Below are positions 56,251-64,000 of a stretch of DNA of 64,000 nt, piece after piece. The position numbers and the translations under genes were made by a program. The stretch's first letter is position 1. The number at the start of each line of letters is the position of its first letter. This DNA is from Variibacter sp. (GTDB lineage Bacteria; Pseudomonadota; Alphaproteobacteria; Rhizobiales; Xanthobacteraceae): the NCBI GenBank assembly GCA_039808325.1, contig JBDHSU010000007.1, positions 665 through 64,664 on the forward strand. Direction: 5' to 3'. Below the pieces are notes generated by a model that saw nothing but the letters and a program-made list of their open reading frames with translations, was not told the origin of the DNA and ran no database searches.

Positions 56251-57209
56251 GACGTTGCCACCGGTTTCGTATCCGGCTTGCGCCGGCGAAAGCGCGTCGC
56301 GAGCGAGCCCAGGCCCTCAGGCAGGAACAGAATGGTGAGCAGCAGCACGATGCCGAGCGTCATCTGCCAGAAGCCCGGCAAAACCGCGAAGGCGAAAGAG
56401 CGCACGATCTCGAATACCAGCGAGCCGACGAAGGCGGCGGCGACCGAGCCGGCGCCGGCCAGGATCGTCACGAAGACGAAGCCGCCCGACGTCGTCCAAT
56501 ACGCCATGTTCGGATCGACGTGGCCGATCGTCATGGCGGCCAGCGCGCCGCCGACGCCGGCGAGCGTGCCGGCGATGACAAGCTTCATATGGATCAGCCG
56601 CGTGACCGAGATGCCGAGGAACTCGACCCGGATCTCGTTGTCGCGGATCGGCACCGCAAGCGCGCCCGCAACCGACTTGAAATAGGCGCCGATCACCAGC
56701 GCCGCGATCGCGCAGACCAGAAGGACGAACCAATAGAGCGTAAACCCGAGCGTATCGCCGTGCGGCGCATAGCCGAGGAAGTGCGGCGGGTCGACGCCGA
56801 ATCCGTCGGTCGACCCGAGCGTCTCCGTCTTCACGAGCACGCCGTAGAGGATCATCGACATAGCGAGGCTCAGCATCGCGAAAAAGATCTCGCGATAGCG
56901 CGCCAGCAGGAAGCCGGTGAGAAAGGCGACGACGCCGGCGACGAGCCCTCCGGCAATCAGAAGCACGAAGGCGTCGCCGATGCCGCCCCAGCGGGCGAGC
57001 AAGGCCACCGTATAGGCGCCGGAGCAGTAATAAAGCGCCTGTCCGAACGGGACGAGCCCCGCCCGCCACAGGATGATGAGACCGAGCACGACGAGCGCGT
57101 TGGCGAAGGCGATCGTCAGCAGCGAGACGAGCCAGGGCGGCAGAAAAAGGCCGACGACGCCGGCGGCGAGGAAGAGAAGCGCTCCGATGAGATTTGCGCG
57201 CGAGAGCAT
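56247..57209 (-). CDS. LIV-type ABC permease (LivM-like)
   Basis: 320 aa polytopic. FGQALYYCSGAYT-type motif. ATGA overlap. Confidence 0.9.
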   Translation of the reverse strand: MLSRANLIGALLFLAAGVVGLFLPPWLVSLLTIAFANALVVLGLIILWRAGLVPFGQALYYCSGAYTVALLARWGGIGDAFVLLIAGGLVAGVVAFLTGFLLARYREIFFAMLSLAMSMILYGVLVKTETLGSTDGFGVDPPHFLGYAPHGDTLGFTLYWFVLLVCAIAALVIGAYFKSVAGALAVPIRDNEIRVEFLGISVTRLIHMKLVIAGTLAGVGGALAAMTIGHVDPNMAYWTTSGGFVFVTILAGAGSVAAAFVGSLVFEIVRSFAFAVLPGFWQMTLGIVLLLTILFLPEGLGSLATRFRRRKPDTKPVATS

Positions 57210-58105
57210 CAGATCTTCCTCGGCTGCGCGCGGGTGAACAACCCGTAAGGCCGGAACACGAGAACGAGCGCCATGACCGCGTAGATCACGAAAAGCTCGA
57301 TCTGCGGCATCAGATGCACGGCGGCGGCGCGGCAGATGCCGACGATCAAGGCGCCGACGAGCGCGCCCTCGATCGATCCCATGCCGCCCACCGCCACCAC
57401 GGCAAAGGCGAGCACGATGACCTCGACGCCGATTCCGAGCGTGACGGATATCTTCGGCGCCATCATCGCGCCGCCGAGCGCGCCGAGCATGGCGCCGATG
57501 ATGAAGGTGACGGTGTAGACGACGGTGACGTTGATGCCGAAGGCCGCAGCGGTCTCACGATCGAAGATGACGACGGTCAGAAGCCGGCCGTAACGCGTGA
57601 ACTTCAGTGCCCAATAGGCAAACAGCGCCAGGCCGGCGGCGATCGCGACCAGCAGGATGTCGTAGTTCGATAGAATGAGATCGCCGATCTCGATATTGCC
57701 GGCCCACACCATCGGCTGGTAGGCGGCGTAGGATTGCGGCCCCCAGATGAAGACGATCACGTCTTCAAGAATGAGGAACACGGCGTAGGTGACGAGCACG
57801 ATGATGACCTCGTCCTTGCCGTAGACGAAACGCAGAATGCCGCGCTCCAGAATAAGGCCGAGGACGAGGCCGATCGCCATCGCCATCAGGATCATGAAAA
57901 GGAAACCGCCGGCTTCGGGCAATCCGCGATCGTAATAGATGCCGGCCGCCATGGCGGCGCCGTAGGCGCCGAAGGCGTAAAACGATCCGTGAGCGACGTT
58001 CAAAATCTTCATCACGCCGAAGATCAGCGTAAGGCCGACCGCGACCATGAAAAGGTATGCGGCATAGGCGAGGCCATCGGTGAGGATGGCAAACGCAGTC
58101 AGCAC
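57209..58105 (-). CDS. LIV-type ABC permease (LivH-like)
   Basis: 298 aa. ILNVAHGSFYAFGAY motif. GTG start 58105. Confidence 0.9.
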   Translation of the reverse strand: MLTAFAILTDGLAYAAYLFMVAVGLTLIFGVMKILNVAHGSFYAFGAYGAAMAAGIYYDRGLPEAGGFLFMILMAMAIGLVLGLILERGILRFVYGKDEVIIVLVTYAVFLILEDVIVFIWGPQSYAAYQPMVWAGNIEIGDLILSNYDILLVAIAAGLALFAYWALKFTRYGRLLTVVIFDRETAAAFGINVTVVYTVTFIIGAMLGALGGAMMAPKISVTLGIGVEVIVLAFAVVAVGGMGSIEGALVGALIVGICRAAAVHLMPQIELFVIYAVMALVLVFRPYGLFTRAQPRKI

Positions 58106-58177
58106 GGGAAATCCTGTCGGTCAGAATAAATCAAAGCATAGTGCCGGCGGCGGAGCAGTCGCGCATCAAGATACGCT

Positions 58178-58205
58178 GGTGGAGACCGGAAACCCGGCCT
58201 CCACC
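58178..58205 (-). other. Intercistronic stem-loop between the SBP and permease genes
   Basis: GGTGGAG-A-CCGG / loop AAAC / CCGG-C-CTCCACC. No U-tract. Confidence 0.3.
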
Positions 58206-58301
58206 GGCAAATGCTTCCATCAGCGCGTGCCCCGACGGGTTGAGAGCGAACCACACGCGTGGACCGTGCTCAACCGCAATCGACGGCAGTCGGCCTGAGG
58301 G

Positions 58302-59618
58302 TCAGTCGCACTTGGCGCCCTTCATGCCCCCCTTGATCCAATCTTCGGCGTTGACGTCCGCCGGCGGATTGGCGCACTCGGCGGGGAAGCGCACCACGTC
58401 GACCAGTTCGCCCTCGTTCTTCTGCTTGTTGAACTTGTAGGTGCCGTAAGCGATCTCGGCGATGCCCTGATGCCCATGGCCGATCGCCAGCTTGATGGTG
58501 CTGCCGAACGCCTCGAACTGAAGGTTCTCGAACGCCGCGACCACCTCGTCGATCGTCGGCTTGGCGCCGTTCTTGGCCTTCGCGGCCTTGTCCCAGGCCG
58601 CCTTCAGCCCGATGATCGACTGCGCCATGTGGTAGGACGGATAGGTCGGAGCCGTGCCGTAACGGTCGGTATAGACCTTTACGAACCACCTATTGAGCTC
58701 GGTGTCGCGCGCGAGCGGGCCGTTCGAGCCGCGGGCGCCGATGATCGACCCGTCGGGGATCTTGTTCCCCAGCCGCTTCATCGAGGATTCCGCGGTGGTG
58801 GCGAGGATCGTCATGCGCTTGCCGAGGCCGCGCGCCGCCTGCTGGTAGATGAAGCTTTCCAGGTCGCCGTCATAGAAGCTCGTGTGCAGGACTTGCGACT
58901 TCGAGGTGAGAAGCGTCGAGATTTCGGCGCCGTATTCACCCGCGAACAGCTTGGGGAACAGCTCCTTGTCGACCTTCGCCTTGGGCGCCAGCACGCCCAT
59001 CGCGCCGACGAAATCGCGCCAGGAATCCTGCCCCCATGCGTAGTTCTGATTGATGCCGGAATAGAGCGTGATGTTCTTCTTCTTGGCGAGGACGTAACGC
59101 GCGGCGGCGACGTTATCCTGCGTCGCGTGCGGCGTGACGCGGAAAACGTATTTGCGCGGCTTTTCCTCGAAGATGCGCGGCGTGCCGCAGTCGAAGAAGA
59201 CGGTCAGCGCCTTCAACTCCTCCGCCACCGGGGTGACCGCGAGGCAGTTGCCGGACGAAACGTAGCCGACGATGGCGTCGACCTGATCGCGTTGCACCAG
59301 GTTGCGATATTCGCTGACGACGTTGGCGGCCGAGCCGCTCTCGTCGATGATCTTGGTCTCGATCTTGGCGCCGCCGAGACCGACGGTATTGTACGGAGCC
59401 GGTACCTTGCCGGCATTGAGCGCCTCGATCAGGATCTCCGCTCCGTTGCGGCCCGGCACGCCGAACGGGCCAGCGGCCGGCCCGCTCAAGAACGTCACCA
59501 AGCCCAGCTTGACCGTGCCCGCGTCCTGCGCCTGAACCGGGGCAGCGCCCCCTGCGAAGGCGGCGATCGCCAGCGCCGCCGCTCCGCTCCGGAGCATGCG
59601 AATTGCGTAGTTCGTCAT
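58302..59618 (-). CDS. LIV-type (Peripla_BP_6) ABC substrate-binding protein
   Basis: ATG 59618 with GGGAGA SD. Signal peptide ...AAFAGGAAPVQAQ. 438 aa. Confidence 0.9.
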   Translation of the reverse strand: MTNYAIRMLRSGAAALAIAAFAGGAAPVQAQDAGTVKLGLVTFLSGPAAGPFGVPGRNGAEILIEALNAGKVPAPYNTVGLGGAKIETKIIDESGSAANVVSEYRNLVQRDQVDAIVGYVSSGNCLAVTPVAEELKALTVFFDCGTPRIFEEKPRKYVFRVTPHATQDNVAAARYVLAKKKNITLYSGINQNYAWGQDSWRDFVGAMGVLAPKAKVDKELFPKLFAGEYGAEISTLLTSKSQVLHTSFYDGDLESFIYQQAARGLGKRMTILATTAESSMKRLGNKIPDGSIIGARGSNGPLARDTELNRWFVKVYTDRYGTAPTYPSYHMAQSIIGLKAAWDKAAKAKNGAKPTIDEVVAAFENLQFEAFGSTIKLAIGHGHQGIAEIAYGTYKFNKQKNEGELVDVVRFPAECANPPADVNAEDWIKGGMKGAKCD

Positions 59619-59768
59619 AATTTCTATCTCCCTAGCCCTCAGAACGCGCCGATCGTCACGTCCTCGCGCTATAACAAACGCGATCCACAGAACTTATTCA
59701 ACCGGGATCGCAGCGGGGCGATACACGACCCCATATTGGCGGCCGCAGGCGTACAACTTGTGTTAGGC

Positions 59769-59813
59769 TAAGGGCCTCGATAACCCTTTAGGGTAAGAGC
59801 CTCGATAACCCTT
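59769..59813. promoter_or_regulatory. Two 20-bp direct repeats TAAG(G/A)GCCTCGATAACCCTT, 25-bp period
   Basis: 59769-59788 and 59794-59813, 19/20 identical. Each contains an AAG(G/A)G-N9-CCCTT inverted repeat. They lie in the divergent promoter region, immediately upstream of the hydro-lyase gene. Confidence 0.4.
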
Positions 59814-59823
59814 GGCAAAACGC

Positions 59824-60660
59824 ATGGTGCCGCACATGTCCGCACTCTCCCGGCCCACAGCCCACCAAGAAGCCCTGCCGGCCGCCGATGACGGGCGCGC
59901 CGCCAGGGTCCGCATCCGGCAAGGCAAGCATCGCGGACCGACCTCCGGCCTTGCGCCGGGCTATGTGCAGGGCAATCTCGCGATCCTGCCACGCGACCTC
60001 GCCGGCGACTTCCTGCAGTTCTGCCAACTCAATCCGAAGCCGTGTCCGTTGCTGGGCAGCACCGCGCCAGGCGATTGGCGGGTGCCGGGGCTCGGAGACG
60101 ATCTGGATCTGCGCACGGACGTTCCACGCTATCGCGTCTGGCGGAACGGCGAACTGGTCGATGAGCCGACCGACATCCTCGGCCATTGGCGCGACGATCT
60201 CGTCGGTTTCGTCATCGGGTGCTCGTTCTCGTTCGAGGCGGCGCTGATCGAAGACGGCCTCGAGATGCGGCACATCACGGCCGGATGCACGGTGCCGATG
60301 TTTCGCACGACGATGATGACAAAACCGGCCGGCCCGTTTCACGGCCCGACCGTCGTGTCCATGCGTCCGTTCAAGCCGGCGGGCGCGATCCGTGCCGTGC
60401 AGATCACGACGCGTTTTCCCGCCGTTCACGGTGCTCCGGTCCACATCGGCAAGCCGAAGATGATCGGCATCAGCGACCTCGCGCGCCCTGACTACGGCGA
60501 CGCCGTCGCCGTGCATGACGACGAGCTGCCCGTGTTCTGGGCCTGCGGGGTTACCCCTCAAGCCGTCATCGCCACGGCGAAGCCCGCGTTCTGCATCACG
60601 CACTACCCGGGCTGCATGCTGGTCACCGATCGCCGCAACAGCGAACTCTCCATCCTTTAA
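59824..60660 (+). CDS. DUF1445 putative hydro-lyase (D-glutamate cyclase-like)
   Basis: [27 protein letters not shown] and ...[10 protein letters not shown] blocks typical of the family. The track start 59812 is TTG. First ATG is 59824 (alternative 59836). Confidence 0.78.
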   Translation: MVPHMSALSRPTAHQEALPAADDGRAARVRIRQGKHRGPTSGLAPGYVQGNLAILPRDLAGDFLQFCQLNPKPCPLLGSTAPGDWRVPGLGDDLDLRTDVPRYRVWRNGELVDEPTDILGHWRDDLVGFVIGCSFSFEAALIEDGLEMRHITAGCTVPMFRTTMMTKPAGPFHGPTVVSMRPFKPAGAIRAVQITTRFPAVHGAPVHIGKPKMIGISDLARPDYGDAVAVHDDELPVFWACGVTPQAVIATAKPAFCITHYPGCMLVTDRRNSELSIL

Positions 60661-60715
60661 TCGCCGCGACGAGCGGCCGGCACGACCATCGCGGGCGCCG
60701 CGGGCCGCCTGCACG

Positions 60716-60743
60716 CTTGACGTATATTTTATGCAATCTATCC
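60716..60743 (+). promoter_or_regulatory. Candidate sigma-70 promoter CTTGAC-N16-CTATCC
   Basis: Close to the alphaproteobacterial consensus CTTGAC-N17-CTATAT, about 27 nt upstream of the permease ATG (60770, GAAGGA SD). Confidence 0.35.
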
Positions 60744-60769
60744 TTCCGCCGTCTCGCTGAAGGACGATC

Positions 60770-61594
60770 ATGGTTCGCGGCACGACGCTTACGGAAAAGC
60801 TTCAGCGGTCCGGCTTTCACATCAGTGTCGCCGCAGCCTTCGCGCTCGTTCTCGCCCCCCTATTTCTCGTCGTGTGGCTGTCGTTTTTCGACAACGAAAT
60901 CCTCGCCTTGCCGCCGCAGGGCTACTCGCTACGCTGGTACCGCGCCATCGCGAACCAGCCTCAATTCATCTCCGGGCTGACGCTCAGCATCGTCGTTGCG
61001 CTGTGGGCGACGGTGATGGCGCTGGCCGTCTCCATCCCCGCCGCCCTGGCGCTCACGCGCGCGAAATTTCGCGGACGGGAGGTCTTTCTCCAATTGCTGA
61101 TGTCGCCGCTGGTCGTGCCGGCGATCGTCGTCGGCTCGGCGCTCTACATGGGCTTCGTCGAGGCTGAAGTGCAAACCGGCGTGCCGTTGACCGGCTCGAC
61201 GCTCGGCTTCGCCATGGGCCACATGCTGCTCGTCATTCCGTGGTGCCTACGACTGATCGCGGCCAATCTCGTCGGCGTCAACCAGGCCGTCGAGGAAGCG
61301 GCGCAATCGCTCGGAGCGACGCCGTTCGAGACGATCCGCATCGTCACGTTGCCGCTGATCTGGCCGGGCATCGTCGCCGCGGCGTTGTTCAGTTTCGTCG
61401 TCAGTTTTGGCAACGTCGAGCTTTCGCTGTTTCTCGTCGCGCCGGGACAGACGACACTGCCGATCGCGATCCTGCAATATCTGCAGTGGAAGATCGACCC
61501 GACGGTCGCCGCGATGTCGACCCTGCAGATCGTCGTCGTGACGGCTGCGCTTCTGATCACCGACCGCTTCGTCAGCCTGTCGAAGGCCATCTGA
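60770..61594 (+). CDS. ABC transporter permease (PotC/BPD_transp_1 type)
   Basis: 274 aa, 6 TM. EAA loop AVEEAAQSLGATPFETIRIVTLPLIWPG. Confidence 0.9.
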   Translation: MVRGTTLTEKLQRSGFHISVAAAFALVLAPLFLVVWLSFFDNEILALPPQGYSLRWYRAIANQPQFISGLTLSIVVALWATVMALAVSIPAALALTRAKFRGREVFLQLLMSPLVVPAIVVGSALYMGFVEAEVQTGVPLTGSTLGFAMGHMLLVIPWCLRLIAANLVGVNQAVEEAAQSLGATPFETIRIVTLPLIWPGIVAAALFSFVVSFGNVELSLFLVAPGQTTLPIAILQYLQWKIDPTVAAMSTLQIVVVTAALLITDRFVSLSKAI

Positions 61595-62724
61595 TGACAG
61601 CGATCCAAATCGAACGAGCCAGCAAGCGCTTCGGCACCGTCACCGCCGTCGACGATTTCTCGCTTTCGGTCGAGGACGGCGAATTCCTCGTCCTGCTCGG
61701 CCCCTCCGGCTGCGGCAAGACCACGACCTTGCGGATGGTCGCCGGCTTTCTCGACGTGACGTCCGGCACGATCCGCATCGGCGAGCGCGACGTGACCCGC
61801 CTGCCGCCGCACCGGCGCAACATCGGCTTCGTCTTCCAAAACTACGCGCTATTCCCGCACCTCTCGGTGCACGAGAACGTCGCTTTCGGGCTGCGACGGC
61901 GCAAGGTCGCGGACGCCGAGCGCAGCAGGCGGGTCAATGAAGCGCTCGCTCTGGTGAAGCTCGATGGCTACGGCGCGCGCCTGCCGCGCGAACTTTCCGG
62001 CGGACAGCAGCAACGGGTCGCCATCGCGCGCGCGCTCGCCATCCAGCCCGACGTACTGCTCCTTGACGAGCCGCTCTCCAATCTCGACGCACGCCTGCGT
62101 CACGACGTGCGCCAGGAACTGCGACGACTGCAGAAGCTTTCCGGCATCACAACGGTTATGGTCACGCATGACCAGGACGAGGCGATGAGCGTCGGCGATC
62201 GCCTGGTGGTGATGAACAACGGCCGCATCGAGCAGGTCGGCACGCCGCAAGCCCTCTATCGCGAGCCGGCGACGCGCTTCGTCGCGTCGTTCGTCGGCCG
62301 CGGCAATTTTCTTCCCGGCAAACCGACGGACGACCTCGGGAGTTTCATCACCGCATCGGGACTGACGATCGCCGCCGCCCATTTGCGACGCGATCACGAC
62401 ACGCTTCTCGTGCGGCCCGAGAATATCAGCATGGAGCGCGCCGGAGTGACCGGCGCGAACTGCTTCCCGGCGACGGTCGAGGTCGCGACCTTTCTAGGCT
62501 CGTCGTTCGAAACCACGCTGCGGCTCGCCAACGGCGACCTTCTCGCCGCGGTCGCGCCAGGCGCGCGCGCAACGGGAGCGACGGATTGGTGCGCCGGTGA
62601 TAACGTCACGGCGCGGATCGATCCGGAGGCGGCGAGCGGCCTTCGCGCCGGCGCGGTGGACGCCGGGCCGGCGGGCAACGGCATCGGCAGGCATGGCGGG
62701 CGAAACAGCGTGCCGGCGGCATAA
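61594..62724 (+). CDS. ABC transporter ATP-binding protein (PotA/MalK type with C-terminal regulatory domain)
   Basis: ATG 61594 (TGATG overlap). GPSGCGKTT, LSGGQQQRVAIARAL, LLLDEPLSNLD. Confidence 0.92.
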   Translation: MTAIQIERASKRFGTVTAVDDFSLSVEDGEFLVLLGPSGCGKTTTLRMVAGFLDVTSGTIRIGERDVTRLPPHRRNIGFVFQNYALFPHLSVHENVAFGLRRRKVADAERSRRVNEALALVKLDGYGARLPRELSGGQQQRVAIARALAIQPDVLLLDEPLSNLDARLRHDVRQELRRLQKLSGITTVMVTHDQDEAMSVGDRLVVMNNGRIEQVGTPQALYREPATRFVASFVGRGNFLPGKPTDDLGSFITASGLTIAAAHLRRDHDTLLVRPENISMERAGVTGANCFPATVEVATFLGSSFETTLRLANGDLLAAVAPGARATGATDWCAGDNVTARIDPEAASGLRAGAVDAGPAGNGIGRHGGRNSVPAA

Positions 62725-62748
62725 GCCGGCGACAGAGGGAGAGTGACC

Positions 62749-63786
62749 ATGACGAAAATCACGCGCAGAACTTTTGGACTTCTAGCCGGCGGCGGCGCGG
62801 CGGCGCTGACCTTGGGGACGCGGCCGGCCGCGGCGGCGGGGCAAGTCGTCGTCGGCACCTGGGGCGGCGACTACCAGAACCTGCAACAGCAGCACATCGC
62901 CGATCCGCTGATGAAGCCGAAGAACATCGAGGTGGTGTTCGCAACCGGCAACGACACCGAGCGCAAGGTGAAGCTGATGGCCGAGAAGCGCCTGCCGCGC
63001 GGCTCGATGGACATCGCCTGCCTGACGCAGTCCGGCGCCTACGAAATGCACAAGAACGGCACGCTCGAGGAAATCGACTTCTCGAAGATCCCGAACGCCA
63101 AGCACATCGTGCCGCAGTTGAAGACGACCTATTCGGTGCCGCACATCTATACCGGGCGCGTCATCCTCTACAATCCGAAGATGATCAAGACGGCGCCGAC
63201 GTCCTATGCCGATCTCTGGAAAGAGGAGAACAAGGGCAAGGTCGGCGTTATCGACATCCAGTATCAGACGACGATCGAATCCGCGGCGATGATCAGCGGC
63301 GGCTCGCTGCATGACTACGAGCCGGGCAAGGCGAAGCTGCTCGAGCTCAAGAAGATGGGCGTCAAGATCTACCCCACCAACGAGGCGATGGCGCAAGCTC
63401 TCAAGACGGAAGAGGTCGGCATGTGCATCATGTGGCGCGCGCGCGGCGTGATGTGGCAGAACGCCGGCGTTCCCGTCGAGATCGCGTATCCGAAAGAAGG
63501 TCTTGTCATCTATGTGTCGGAGATGACGCTCGCGAAGAACGCGCGGAACAAGGACGCGGCCTACGCGTACCTCAACGCCATCCTCGATCCCGGCCCGCAG
63601 GTGAACTTCGCCAAGTACATGGGCTACACGCCGACGGTCGACAACGTGAAGATCGAAGGCGAGCTCGGGCCGCGCGTCATGTTCACGCCCGAGGTGCAGA
63701 AGACCTTCATGGTGCAGGATCAGGAATATCTTGCGAAGAACGACCCGCAACTGCAGGAGTGGTGGAACAAGGTGTTCAAGGGCTGA
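62749..63786 (+). CDS. Extracellular solute-binding protein (PotD/SBP_bac_6-8 type) with Tat-like signal
   Basis: ATG 62749 after AGAGGGAGAG. MTKITRRTFGLLAGGGAAALTLGTRPAAAAG twin-arginine-like signal. Confidence 0.87.
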   Translation: MTKITRRTFGLLAGGGAAALTLGTRPAAAAGQVVVGTWGGDYQNLQQQHIADPLMKPKNIEVVFATGNDTERKVKLMAEKRLPRGSMDIACLTQSGAYEMHKNGTLEEIDFSKIPNAKHIVPQLKTTYSVPHIYTGRVILYNPKMIKTAPTSYADLWKEENKGKVGVIDIQYQTTIESAAMISGGSLHDYEPGKAKLLELKKMGVKIYPTNEAMAQALKTEEVGMCIMWRARGVMWQNAGVPVEIAYPKEGLVIYVSEMTLAKNARNKDAAYAYLNAILDPGPQVNFAKYMGYTPTVDNVKIEGELGPRVMFTPEVQKTFMVQDQEYLAKNDPQLQEWWNKVFKG

Positions 63787-63815
63787 GCATCCGATGCGTG
63801 CGCGGGCCTTCCCGG

Positions 63816-63944
63816 CCCCTCCCTCCTCGAGGGGGAGGCCGATACGCGCGGACACTGCGCGTATCGGGCGAGGGGCGGCCTTGAGGCGTCTTGAACAAAT
63901 CATACTCCCCTCCCCCTCCCTCCCCATCCAGGGGGGAGGAGGGA
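63816..63944. repeat. Family-A double-hairpin intergenic element
   Basis: CCCCTCCCTCC-TCGA-GGGGGAGG, internal hairpin CCGATACGCGC-N7-GCGCGTATCGG (63839-63867), then CTCCCCTCCCCCTCCCTCCCC-ATCCA-GGGGGGAGGAGGGA. Confidence 0.8.
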
Positions 63945-64000
63945 CCGACACGCCAGTTCGCGCGCCTCTTCGATGCTGACGAAACGCATCACCGCGCTCG

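Noticed and set aside
63900-64000. Minus-strand ORF entering from the right edge (…AVMRFVSIEEARELACRSLLPPGWGGRGRGV*) whose tail and stop lie inside the family-A repeat
   Set aside because: Only 33 codons are visible and no motif is recognisable. It may be a real convergent gene whose C-terminus was altered by the repeat, but this cannot be supported from the window.

Overview
GC-rich chromosomal segment that looks alphaproteobacterial, probably Hyphomicrobiales/Rhizobiales-like. That placement is an inference from gene content and repeat types. No search tools were run, so every call rests on motifs I could read in the translations.

Contents:
- Housekeeping genes: atpH-atpA-atpG, priA, xerC, leuD, pncB.
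- Uptake systems: two LIV-type ABC importers, one polar-amino-acid ABC importer, one Pot-like ABC importer and one TRAP transporter.
- A complete heme-acquisition locus: hmuR-tonB-(IsdG-like)-hutX, divergent from hemP-hmuTUV.
- Three CoA-/lactone-type catabolic gene clusters.
- At least four families of palindromic REP/MITE-like elements, about 17 copies, sitting at almost every operon boundary.

I found no rRNA, tRNA, CRISPR array, transposase, phage gene or recognisable defence gene. I do not see a convincing new defence or mobile system.

The most system-like candidates are:
1. A 14-gene, tightly coupled operon (45.2-59.6 kb) joining a LIV-type importer to BadI/AliA/BadK/AliB-like enzymes and an unusual Hbd plus truncated-Hbd pair.
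2. A winged-helix/alpha-beta-hydrolase one-component regulator preceded by TGA-containing hexamers phased every 11 bp.
3. An ohr-like gene sitting where atpD is expected.
4. A TRAP-linked DapA-like/CoA-transferase/MaoC/SDR/D-TA cluster with no regulator.

Many long ORFs in the track are antisense or out-of-frame shadows typical of high-GC DNA. Several track starts are GTG/TTG and probably too far upstream.
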